A stretch of DNA of 40,445 bases from a virus (lineage: Duplodnaviria; Caudoviricetes): the IMG/VR virus record IMGVR_UViG_3300016665_000331, positions 1-40,445 of that record. One strand, written 5' to 3'. The notes beneath the pieces were generated by a model. That model searched no databases and was not told the DNA's origin. It was given only the letters and a program-made list of their open reading frames with translations. Shown here one piece after another: positions 32,965-40,445 of the stretch; the first letter of the stretch is position 1; each line of letters begins with the position of its first letter. A program made the translations under genes and the position numbers.

Positions 32965-33309
32965 ATGATCTTGTTTCGGATGCAAGACAATGAAGGGCGC
33001 GGGCCGTTCAGGCCAGGGTTCTCAAGTCGGTGGGCGGATGCTACCGGGGGAAAATTGCTTCCGCCTATATATGAAGAGCTTGGTATTCGACCGGAGAAGC
33101 TGCGCGACATAATGCCGGCTGGGCTGCATTGTGGATGCGCCTGCAAGTCAGCCGCACAGCTTGGCGAATGGTTCACACGAAACGAGCGGCGGCGACTTTT
33201 TTCTCTTGGCTTCAAGGCCGTCATGTTTGTGCCAGACATCGTGATAGCAGAAACACCTAACCAAGTGCTGTTTGGCTGTCGCGCGCCGCTGTCTCAAATA
33301 GCTGCATGA
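32965..33309 (+). CDS. Hypothetical protein
   Basis: AAGGAG RBS; LFRMQDNEGRGPF...QLGEWF...LGF...QVLF. Confidence 0.7.
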   Translation: MILFRMQDNEGRGPFRPGFSSRWADATGGKLLPPIYEELGIRPEKLRDIMPAGLHCGCACKSAAQLGEWFTRNERRRLFSLGFKAVMFVPDIVIAETPNQVLFGCRAPLSQIAA

Positions 33310-33329
33310 AATTAAAAGGAGGCCCGGCG

Positions 33330-33554
33330 ATGAATGAAAAGACGATTGATCGCGCATCAGCGACGTTCTTGCGCGAGGAAATCATGCGCTTTGTCCGGCG
33401 TATGGAGCAGCATGGGTTCGACCGTGACCTGACGGGAGCGGCGATGGTTGGGGTTGGAGCGGCGTTGGCCCATGTCGGCGGGTGCGACATCGAAGGCATC
33501 TTCGATCAGTGCCGACTGGCGACGCAGCAGGATGCCGCAGGCGCCCCAAACTAG
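33330..33554 (+). CDS. Hypothetical protein
   Basis: AAGGAGG RBS before ATG 33330 (MNEKTIDRAS...). Confidence 0.65.
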   Translation: MNEKTIDRASATFLREEIMRFVRRMEQHGFDRDLTGAAMVGVGAALAHVGGCDIEGIFDQCRLATQQDAAGAPN

Positions 33555-33860
33555 AGGAGACTTGGCCATGCAGCCCGACATGCTTGAGATAGTCCGCAAG
33601 GCGATCAACGCCGAATACGCTGCGCTGCTGCCGGACGGGTTCGAGGTGTTCCGCGTCGATGAATACACGCAGGCGAAATACCCAGCGCCAAACCTCTGGT
33701 ATGAAAAGACGCACCTTGTACCTGAAGCCAAGTATGTCGCAATCCTTCTCGGAGAGCAGGAGAGCGTTCCGGCGCTTGGTGTCACTGTCAACGATGCTGT
33801 GAAGCGTGCGATAGCGAAGATCGAAGCGCGGAACGCCTCGGCGTCCCATTAAATGGAGCG
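33548..33860 (+). repeat. ~310-bp direct repeat, copy 2
   Basis: Near-identical to 32647-32959. Confidence 0.95.
33568..33852 (+). CDS. Hypothetical protein, duplicated copy 2 (94 aa)
   Basis: Same RBS and start as copy 1; 2 amino-acid differences. Confidence 0.75.
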   Translation: MQPDMLEIVRKAINAEYAALLPDGFEVFRVDEYTQAKYPAPNLWYEKTHLVPEAKYVAILLGEQESVPALGVTVNDAVKRAIAKIEARNASASH

Positions 33861-33863
33861 ACA

Positions 33864-35201
33864 ATGCTCGATAGATTAAGTCTTCACGATTACCAGACCC
33901 GCGCCGTTGATTTCATCATCGACAAAAAACGCTGCGGTCTGTTCCTCGAAATGGGCCTTGGCAAGACCGCTTCGACGCTAACTGCTATCGCAGACCTCAT
34001 TGGCGCGTGCATCGTGCGTAAGACGCTCGTCATCGCGCCTCTGCGCGTGGCCAACAGCGTGTGGAAGCAGGAGACGCAGAAGTGGGCGCACCTGAAGCAC
34101 CTGCGCGTCAGCGTCTGCACCGGCAACAGCAAGCAGCGCCTCGCCGCCCTTCAGTTCGACGCCGACGTCTACGTGATCAACAGGGAAAACGTGGACTGGC
34201 TCGTCGAGACCGTGCGGCGCCCGTGGCCCTTCGACATGGTCGTCGTGGACGAGAGCTCGTCGTTCAAGAACCCGGGCTCGCAGAGGTTCAAGGCCATGCG
34301 TCGGATCTTGCCCGACACCGAATACATGGTGCTCCTGACCGGCACGCCGTCACCGAACGGGCTTCTCGATGTTTGGGCGCAGATGTACCTCATCGACTTC
34401 GGCATGGCGCTGGGGCGCACGATGACCAGCTACAAGCAGCGCTTCTTCGACAGCGACTACATGGGCTACAAGTGGGCCCCGCGCGAGGGATCCGCGCAAA
34501 AGATCCACGACCTTATGACGCCGCATGTGATCCACATGAGCGCCGACGACTATCTCGATCTACCTGAGCGCATCGACCTGATCGAGACCGTGTCGATGAA
34601 GCCCGGCATCCTCGACGCCTACAAAAAATTCGAGAAGAGCCTGCTCGCCGAGTTGCCCAATGGCGAGATGGTCGAGGCCATGACGGCGGCCGTGCTTGCC
34701 AACAAGCTCCTGCAATACGCCAACGGGAGCATGTACACCGACGAGGCAAAGAACTGGGCCGAGGTCCACACCGAGAAGCTCGACCGCCTCGAAGAGATCA
34801 TCGAAGACAACCCGAACGAAAACCTGCTTGTCGCATACAATTATCAATTCGATCTGGAGCGCCTGATCAAGCGCTTTCCGCAGGCGCGGATCCTCGACAA
34901 GAAGCAGGAAACAATCGACGCATGGAACCGTGGCGAGATTAAGCTCTTGCTCGCGCACCCCGCGTCGGCCGGTCACGGGCTCAACATCCAGCTCGGCGGC
35001 AATGTGATCATCTGGTTTGGGCTGAACTGGTCTCTTGAGCTTTATCAGCAATTTAACGCGCGCCTGCACCGACAGGGGCAACTGAACACAGTTCGCGTCA
35101 TGCACATCGTCGCCGCAGGTACTATTGACGAACGCGTTCTTTCCGTTTTATCGTTGAAGAACGCAACACAGACCGCGCTCCTCAATGCGCTGAAGGACTG
35201 A
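33864..35201 (+). CDS. SNF2-family helicase
   Basis: LHDYQ, MGLGKT, VVDESS, LTGTP, SAGHGLNIQ, QFNARLHRQGQ. Confidence 0.92.
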   Translation: MLDRLSLHDYQTRAVDFIIDKKRCGLFLEMGLGKTASTLTAIADLIGACIVRKTLVIAPLRVANSVWKQETQKWAHLKHLRVSVCTGNSKQRLAALQFDADVYVINRENVDWLVETVRRPWPFDMVVVDESSSFKNPGSQRFKAMRRILPDTEYMVLLTGTPSPNGLLDVWAQMYLIDFGMALGRTMTSYKQRFFDSDYMGYKWAPREGSAQKIHDLMTPHVIHMSADDYLDLPERIDLIETVSMKPGILDAYKKFEKSLLAELPNGEMVEAMTAAVLANKLLQYANGSMYTDEAKNWAEVHTEKLDRLEEIIEDNPNENLLVAYNYQFDLERLIKRFPQARILDKKQETIDAWNRGEIKLLLAHPASAGHGLNIQLGGNVIIWFGLNWSLELYQQFNARLHRQGQLNTVRVMHIVAAGTIDERVLSVLSLKNATQTALLNALKD

Positions 35202-35209
35202 GACATACA

Positions 35210-35551
35210 ATGCGCTTCGTGCTCACGATGAACGTCCCGACACGCGGAGAAAAGAGCCGGGACAGAACATACCGCACAGCAGAAGAAGATGACGGACCAA
35301 ACCTAGTCCATCTTGTTTACTGCGAGCATGCATCAGGATCTTTGGCAGAGTTTACCAAGGCTCTGCGAGAGAACGATTTTGTGATCGTCACCGAGCTCTA
35401 CAAGGATCGGGTCACAAGATCGATTAGCCCCCGAGGCGAGATGGCGATAAACTATCGCTACATTGCCAAGATCAAACCATATGTGGAGAGAGACAATGAA
35501 CCATCGCGAAATCCTGAAGCAGTCGGCTTCTCTTATCGCAGAACGCGGTAA
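35210..35551 (+). CDS. Hypothetical protein
   Basis: MRFVLTMNVPTR...NDFVIVTELY; follows the helicase. Confidence 0.65.
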   Translation: MRFVLTMNVPTRGEKSRDRTYRTAEEDDGPNLVHLVYCEHASGSLAEFTKALRENDFVIVTELYKDRVTRSISPRGEMAINYRYIAKIKPYVERDNEPSRNPEAVGFSYRRTR

Positions 35552-35867
35552 GGAGTACGGACCCGAAGACGCCTGTTTCCAGCGCAGCGCGGATCTGGCG
35601 ACAATCGTGCTCAATAAGCCGATCAGCAAGTATGACGTCGCCATGATCCTCGGCCTAAACAAGATGGCGCGCTTGCAGGAAAGCCGCACCAAAACGGATC
35701 ATTACGTTGACGGCATCAACTACATGGCCTTCGCCGCGCAATTTGCCGCTGAACAATCAAGCGCCGAAATTGCGGTTGAGGACGACATCAAGGCAATGGC
35801 GGCTCGTCTGTCTCCCGAAATGCGTCCACCTATGTCCATGCTTCAGAAATCCGATGCGGACGCCTGA
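35496..35867 (+). CDS. DUF6378-like protein
   Basis: Start revised to ATG 35496; ERGKEYG...F.R.A...DVAMIL..NKMARL...DHYVDGINYMA. Confidence 0.75.
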   Translation: MNHREILKQSASLIAERGKEYGPEDACFQRSADLATIVLNKPISKYDVAMILGLNKMARLQESRTKTDHYVDGINYMAFAAQFAAEQSSAEIAVEDDIKAMAARLSPEMRPPMSMLQKSDADA

Positions 35868-35946
35868 CGGCGAAGCCATGGCGGTAGCAGCTCTCACGCT
35901 GCTACTTGCCGTCGCGGTATATATCATAATCAGGGGGATGACATGA
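35854..35946 (+). CDS. Possible 30-aa single-TM peptide
   Basis: MRTPDGEAMAVAALTLLLAVAVYIIIRGMT; ATGA-coupled to the next gene. Confidence 0.35.
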   Translation: MRTPDGEAMAVAALTLLLAVAVYIIIRGMT

Positions 35947-36533
35947 GCGAGATCGACTTGACGCAATTCGAGGGCCATACGCCGGGACCGTGGAAAGTAG
36001 GCTATCGCGCGCTCGATATTTGGGCTCCATCAGAGAAAGGTGGAGAGGCAAAGATATTTGATGTTCGAGGATGGGGGTATCTGACAGGCAAAGGCGACGG
36101 CGCGCTTGGTCTGACCGAAGATCAGGCGATAGCGATCCAGACCGCGAACGCAAATATCGCCGCCGCCGCGCCAGACTTGCTCGCTGCCTACAAGGCCGCG
36201 CTCGCCCGCGCCGAAGCGGCGGAGGCGGAAGTGAAACGGTTGGAAGCGTTAGAGCTTGCGCGCGCCAATGCAAATGCGCGCGCTGAACGCGCCGAAAGAG
36301 AACGCGCAACGTCAGATGAAGTCCGCGAAATGTGGTTTAAGAAGTGGTGCAATGCAGATGACGAACGGAGAAACGCCGAGCGCCAGCGCGACGAGGCATG
36401 GACCACAGGCGCAGAAGCGATGCGGGAGGCGTGTGAAGACGTTGCGTTCAAGAATGCCTCCAGTGACGACGATGCGTGTAAAATAGCTGAAACTATCCGC
36501 GCCCTCCCCATTCCTGCGCAGGAGAGGAAGTGA
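35943..36533 (+). CDS. Hypothetical protein (HTPGPW...ANA..IAAAPDLL family, coiled-coil C-terminus)
   Basis: GHTPGPWKV and ANANIAAAAPDLLAA motifs common in phage accessory proteins. Confidence 0.7.
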   Translation: MSEIDLTQFEGHTPGPWKVGYRALDIWAPSEKGGEAKIFDVRGWGYLTGKGDGALGLTEDQAIAIQTANANIAAAAPDLLAAYKAALARAEAAEAEVKRLEALELARANANARAERAERERATSDEVREMWFKKWCNADDERRNAERQRDEAWTTGAEAMREACEDVAFKNASSDDDACKIAETIRALPIPAQERK

Positions 36534-36577
36534 TGGAAGTGAGCAAAACAATTCAACAGAACGAAAGGAACAAGACC

Positions 36578-36826
36578 ATGACAGACCATAACCCTTTGCC
36601 GGTGAAAGGCTACACCGCGCAGATTGATGAAAACGTTCAGATGGTGAACCTGAACAAGCAGGACGAAGAACGGATACTCCGGTCCATCGACCTGTATGGA
36701 ATGAACCCTGACGTTGACAAGCGATGGCTGGCGATTGCCAAAACGCATATTGAACAAGGTTTCATGGCGATGAACCGGGCAATCTTTAAGCCGCAGCGCA
36801 TCAAACTGGATGGCGACAATGACTGA
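36578..36826 (+). CDS. acb2: Acb2-like anti-CBASS cyclic-nucleotide sponge
   Basis: Start revised to ATG 36578 (AAGGA); VKGY...NLNK...RWLAIAKTHIEQGFMAMNRAIFKP matches the recalled Acb2 pattern KGY...N..K...RWLAIGKT.IQ.G.MA..RAI..P. Confidence 0.7.
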   Translation: MTDHNPLPVKGYTAQIDENVQMVNLNKQDEERILRSIDLYGMNPDVDKRWLAIAKTHIEQGFMAMNRAIFKPQRIKLDGDND

Positions 36827-37019
36827 CCCCGCCCCTTCCGTCCAGCCTGTCCGCGCGTGGGCTGTGGTGGATAAAGACGGTTTAAACGCCTGCTACATAA
36901 GCACGTTTGAGACCAAAGAACGCGCTCATCGTCATGCCGAAAGTTGGGACAGATTACGCAAGGACCTAGCCCCTCACCGCGTCATCCGCGTTGAAATAAG
37001 GGAGGTGAACGATGAGTGA
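36819..37019 (+). CDS. Hypothetical protein
   Basis: Coupled small ORF (MTDPAPSVQPVRAWAVV...). Confidence 0.55.
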   Translation: MTDPAPSVQPVRAWAVVDKDGLNACYISTFETKERAHRHAESWDRLRKDLAPHRVIRVEIREVNDE

Positions 37020-37269
37020 GTTTACGGATCGACTGCGCGATGGCGGCGAAACCTGCGGCACCGAGCGGTGCAAGGTCAGAGATGCTAGAAACGGATGCAT
37101 GTGCGCTATAGCCGCCGACCGCCTCGACGCGCTGGAAGCCGAGAACAAGGCGCTGCGGAAGGCATTGCGCGACTGTGTGAACTTCATGGAAAACACGGAG
37201 AGCGAATTGGGAATAACGCTGTCCAGCGCCGACCGCGCCCGCGCCCTTCTCGCAAAGGGGGAGAAATGA
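37012..37269 (+). CDS. Hypothetical protein (Cys-containing, coiled coil)
   Basis: GGAGGT RBS; AADRLDALEAEN...ARALLAK. Confidence 0.65.
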   Translation: MSEFTDRLRDGGETCGTERCKVRDARNGCMCAIAADRLDALEAENKALRKALRDCVNFMENTESELGITLSSADRARALLAKGEK

Positions 37270-37478
37270 GCAACGTCACCCATCTACACCCTGTCGAGAT
37301 TGGCGACGGCATCCGCCTCGACGCGCGGGATATTCTTGACGCCGCCAAGGACAAAGGTCTCGTCCGCGTCATTATCATAGGGGCGCTGTACGATGGCGAA
37401 TTGTACGTAGCCGGGACGGATGGCGCAGCCGACAGCCTAATGCTGATGGAACAAGCGAAGAAGGTGATCGTGCCATGA
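37266..37478 (+). CDS. Hypothetical protein
   Basis: Start revised to ATG 37266 (ATGA overlap); MSNVTHL...VIIIGALYDGELYVAGT. Confidence 0.7.
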   Translation: MSNVTHLHPVEIGDGIRLDARDILDAAKDKGLVRVIIIGALYDGELYVAGTDGAADSLMLMEQAKKVIVP

Positions 37479-37511
37479 GCAACGCGCTTTTCTTGAAAAG
37501 GAGAAAGTAAG

Positions 37512-38066
37512 TTGAAGACACTAACCCTAATCGGGGTTCTGGTCGCCACTCCAGCCCTCGCAGACATGACCGCAGCGGAGTTTTTCAGCCGTGACAAATC
37601 AAACTCTTGGACGGGGCCGCTGGTCAACACCGTCGCCAGCCCTTACGGCGCACTGCCAAAGCATATGCCAGCGCAGAAAGAAGCCGTTGCGCGGATTGTT
37701 GCGCGCGAAGCGCAGGCGCGGCTGGGCTCACAATGGGTCAGCACGGCCCTCAAGCTCGCCAAAATTGAAAGCTCGTACAACTGTGCGGCGGTCGGCCCTA
37801 AAACACGCCACGGACATGCGCGCGGCGTTCTCCAAGTCCTTCCGTCTTCTGCGCGTGCATTGGGGTTTGAGCCGTCGAGGCTCAATGAATGCGACTATGG
37901 GGTACGAGTGGGTATTGCCCATATGGCGTCGTGTATTCGCTCCGGGGTGCGGACCCATGCACAGATGGCGGCGTGCCATGTAAGCGGGATTGCAGGATGG
38001 CAGCGTAAATTGAACGCTCGCGCTGAGAAGTATCGTCGCGAGTATGTCCGTTTGGCTATGCGCTGA
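37512..38066 (+). CDS. Lytic transglycosylase (SLT) with signal peptide
   Basis: MKTLTLIGVLVATPALA signal; catalytic IESSY; ARGVLQV; AAGGAG RBS, TTG start. Confidence 0.8.
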   Translation: MKTLTLIGVLVATPALADMTAAEFFSRDKSNSWTGPLVNTVASPYGALPKHMPAQKEAVARIVAREAQARLGSQWVSTALKLAKIESSYNCAAVGPKTRHGHARGVLQVLPSSARALGFEPSRLNECDYGVRVGIAHMASCIRSGVRTHAQMAACHVSGIAGWQRKLNARAEKYRREYVRLAMR

Positions 38067-38085
38067 CGTCTGGGGGAACAAGTCA

Positions 38086-38628
38086 ATGATGACTGTTGAG
38101 GAACTCCAAGCCCACTACAAGTCAGTCAGACAGAGGATGACGGCGGCGGCCGAGAAAGCCGCCGCCGCGGCCAAAATAAGAAAAAAAGAAGCCGACCGCG
38201 CCGTGCTCGAAAAACAAATAAGCGCGGCGCTCATGGCTCGAAAAAGAGAAGAAGAGCGCAAACAGTACGAAGCCGAGAAGATCAAAGAGACGCTGCAGAA
38301 ATACGCCGAAGAGCAGGCTTCGAAACCGTCTCCATACAGAATGAAGATGCTGGAGGTCGCTCGTCAGTATGGGTACGATGTGGATCTGGTTATTGGCAGG
38401 TCTTCAAACTGTCGTGTCATGCGAGCTCGTTATGAAATGATCTACGAGCTGCGGGAGATGGGTCTGTCCTTTGCGCGCATCGGTCAGATGATGGGCGGGC
38501 GATGCCATACAGCATGCTTGGCCGCTTATAAAAAGTTCAAACGTAAACGCGAACGGGAAATTAGAAATGCAGAACGAACAGAATGCCGAGATCTTGTTGC
38601 TGTGGAACGAGGGGAAAACTGCGTCTGA
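38086..38628 (+). CDS. Coiled-coil protein with DnaA C-terminal (domain IV) HTH
   Basis: ARYEMIYELREMGLSFARIGQMMGGRCHTACLAAYKK resembles DnaA R..AMYL....S...IG..FGGRDHTTV.HA..K; start revised to ATG 38086. Confidence 0.75.
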   Translation: MMTVEELQAHYKSVRQRMTAAAEKAAAAAKIRKKEADRAVLEKQISAALMARKREEERKQYEAEKIKETLQKYAEEQASKPSPYRMKMLEVARQYGYDVDLVIGRSSNCRVMRARYEMIYELREMGLSFARIGQMMGGRCHTACLAAYKKFKRKREREIRNAERTECRDLVAVERGENCV

Positions 38629-39103
38629 GATCGGATCTCAATTCGGGCTCACAAGAAACACAGTCATCGGAAAATTAAACAGAATGCGGGTGGCTGGGCA
38701 TGATGTGAAGCGTAAAGTTATTGCGCAACCACCAAGAAGCGCTCGCAAAAAAGAAAAAAATACGAACGGTCCAGAAAGAAAACCAAATAGGCTAAAACCT
38801 TTTGCGCCGCGGTCGGTGGTGGAGAGAAGTGCTTTGAACACGGGGGTGGCAAAAACCGATCAGCTGGTTCTTGGGTTGTTTGACGACGCCCCTACGACCA
38901 ATGTCGACATCATGGGTTTACGCGAGATGTCGTGCCGCTTCATCGTGAAGACAGATCCGCGTAGGGGCGCGATCTATTGTGGGGAGCCGAAGGCGCGCAA
39001 ATCATATTGCGAAGAGCACGCCAAGATTTGCTACGTCATCGCGACCCTTGAGCGTTCAGATAAGCGTTCAGATCTACGTCCTTCCCGCTCTCCGCGCTCA
39101 TGA
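38567..39103 (+). CDS. gcrA: GcrA-family cell-cycle transcription regulator
   Basis: LWNEGKTASEIGSQFGLTRNTVIGKLNRM; LREMSCRFIV...YCG...SYCEEHAKICY. Confidence 0.88.
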   Translation: MQNEQNAEILLLWNEGKTASEIGSQFGLTRNTVIGKLNRMRVAGHDVKRKVIAQPPRSARKKEKNTNGPERKPNRLKPFAPRSVVERSALNTGVAKTDQLVLGLFDDAPTTNVDIMGLREMSCRFIVKTDPRRGAIYCGEPKARKSYCEEHAKICYVIATLERSDKRSDLRPSRSPRS

Positions 39104-40445
39104 CCCGGCTCAGGGGGATGCCCGCTTTGTACGCGAGGCGTCCCGTCGCCACTGTCGGGCGCCGCACGAAATTTTCGTAGCGATTGAGCCAGTTGAGATA
39201 GGTCTTCGCCGTCGCAGGCTTGCTGATGATCCGGCTGAAGGCATTGCCCCCGACCAGCATCGCCGTCGTCGAGATCGGTTCGTTGATCAGACCGGCGACG
39301 GACAGGCCGCCCAGAACAGTCTGCCCAGTGCCGGACGGGTTGCCGAACTTGTTCAGGTTCTTGAAGCGCTGGGCGACAGATGCGATGTCGTCGAGCGTGC
39401 GGCGCATCTCCTGCTGATCCTTGAAGATCATTGCCTTGGCCCGGTCGCTCAGACCGGACCAGCCTTGTTTTCCGAGCCAGCGGTCAGCCGAGAAATTCCC
39501 CTGCGCATCGCGCCCGAGCTGGGCCAGAAGGCCACCTTGGAAGGCCTTGATGGTCTCGGGGTCCATCACACGGATGGCTCGTTCGAGGAGCTTGTTGTCG
39601 GCGCTGCCGCCCTCGCGCGCGGCGTTAAAGAGCTTTCCGAAGACCTGCTCGTCGCTGCGCTCGCCGCGCACGCCGGTGATCTTCTGGAGCTCTTCCCGCA
39701 TCTTCATGGCGGCGGCGTATTCGCGGTCGGCGCGTTGCAGGAAGAAGCGGGCCGGTTCGCCGCCCGCCGCCTCGGCAATGTCGAGGACGTCGTTGCGCAG
39801 GGCCTTGTAGACCCTGTCCACCTGCGCCTCGTCCACGGTCTTGTTGATCTTATTCGCGGTGCGGAAGGTGCGGAGCTCGGTGAGCAGATCCTTGGCCCCT
39901 TGGAAGGTCAGACCTTCCTTGGAGGTGAGGGCGGGCATCAGGGTGTCGATGTAAGACGGCGCACCTTCCATCTTGGCGCCAGCGCGCCGAGCCATAATGT
40001 CGGCGACGGCCCCGCGCGTATTGTTGAGCGGCAACATCGCGTCAGGCTTATCCATCAGGCCGCGCACCTCGGTATAGGCCTTGTCGGCGTCCCGGCGCGT
40101 CAGGTTGGTCATCCAGTCCTTGAGCTTCGCGCCGATGGCGGCGCCGCTCTGTTCCTTGGTCATGCGGGGGACGAGCGCGTCGATCACGTTCTCCAGCTGC
40201 AAGGTCGCGGCCTCACGCGCCTTGATGATCGGCTCGCCAGCCAGAGGCACGTTGCGCGACAGCGCAGTCGCCCTCTGGAGAGGCATGTTCTCGGTGACCG
40301 CGTAGAGCGGGAGATCGACGCCGAGGCGCTCGGCGGCCTGTACGCTCTCGGGGGCCTCCGCAGCGGCGCGCTTGGCCGCAGGGGTGGCGAAACGACCAAG
40401 AGCGCCACCAAGAACGCCCCCAAGCAGTCCGCCCGTCCCCGCCGC
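39036..40445 (-). CDS. Internal virion/DNA ejection-type protein, 5' end truncated at window edge
   Basis: Frame is open to 40445 (AAGTGGLLGGVLGGALGRF...); helical Ala/Arg/Lys-rich; GNPSGTG near the C-terminus. Confidence 0.6.
   Translation of the reverse strand, partial: AAGTGGLLGGVLGGALGRFATPAAKRAAAEAPESVQAAERLGVDLPLYAVTENMPLQRATALSRNVPLAGEPIIKAREAATLQLENVIDALVPRMTKEQSGAAIGAKLKDWMTNLTRRDADKAYTEVRGLMDKPDAMLPLNNTRGAVADIMARRAGAKMEGAPSYIDTLMPALTSKEGLTFQGAKDLLTELRTFRTANKINKTVDEAQVDRVYKALRNDVLDIAEAAGGEPARFFLQRADREYAAAMKMREELQKITGVRGERSDEQVFGKLFNAAREGGSADNKLLERAIRVMDPETIKAFQGGLLAQLGRDAQGNFSADRWLGKQGWSGLSDRAKAMIFKDQQEMRRTLDDIASVAQRFKNLNKFGNPSGTGQTVLGGLSVAGLINEPISTTAMLVGGNAFSRIISKPATAKTYLNWLNRYENFVRRPTVATGRLAYKAGIPLSRVMSAESGKDVDLNAYLNAQGSR

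Larger units (their letters stand above)
1..40445. mobile_element. Tailed bacteriophage genome segment (partial), likely alphaproteobacterial host
   Basis: Terminase, portal, capsid, primase-helicase, DNA polymerase and SNF2 genes; no host housekeeping genes or integrase seen; ORFs run off both edges. Confidence 0.95.

Noticed and set aside
32647-33860. Duplicated ORF as a DGR template/variable repeat pair
   Set aside because: Mismatches are not adenine-specific, are mostly synonymous third positions, and no reverse transcriptase is visible

Overview
A partial, high-GC tailed-phage genome, open at both window edges, probably infecting an alphaproteobacterium (it carries a GcrA homologue). 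The left half (1-20768, minus strand) is one tightly coupled late operon: TerS, TerL, a 6.4-kb cassette between TerL and portal, portal, GroES, scaffold, decoration proteins, major capsid protein, several small basic proteins, a head-tail adaptor and a collagen-like fibre. The cassette holds a 986-aa protein with an HhH-glycosylase-like domain, a 2OG-Fe(II) oxygenase, a DUF6817-like protein and a (Gly-Cys)6/acidic repeat protein. The right half holds early genes behind two near-identical DnaA-box/operator promoters, a putative iteron origin, a primase-helicase and a DUF2800-DUF2815-PolB-MTase-VRR-NUC-SNF2 replication module. It also holds an Acb2-like sponge, an SLT, a DnaA-domain-IV protein and GcrA. 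The window ends in the 3' part of an ejection-type virion protein. The most interesting signals are: (i) a recurring [MYFL]-x-x-GG-x-[VA] motif and a shared leader across five late proteins; (ii) the coupled oxygenase/DUF6817/Gly-Cys repeat cassette; (iii) two apparently real overprinted genes; (iv) a DnaA/GcrA-linked regulatory design. All family assignments come from motif recognition by eye; no searches were run.
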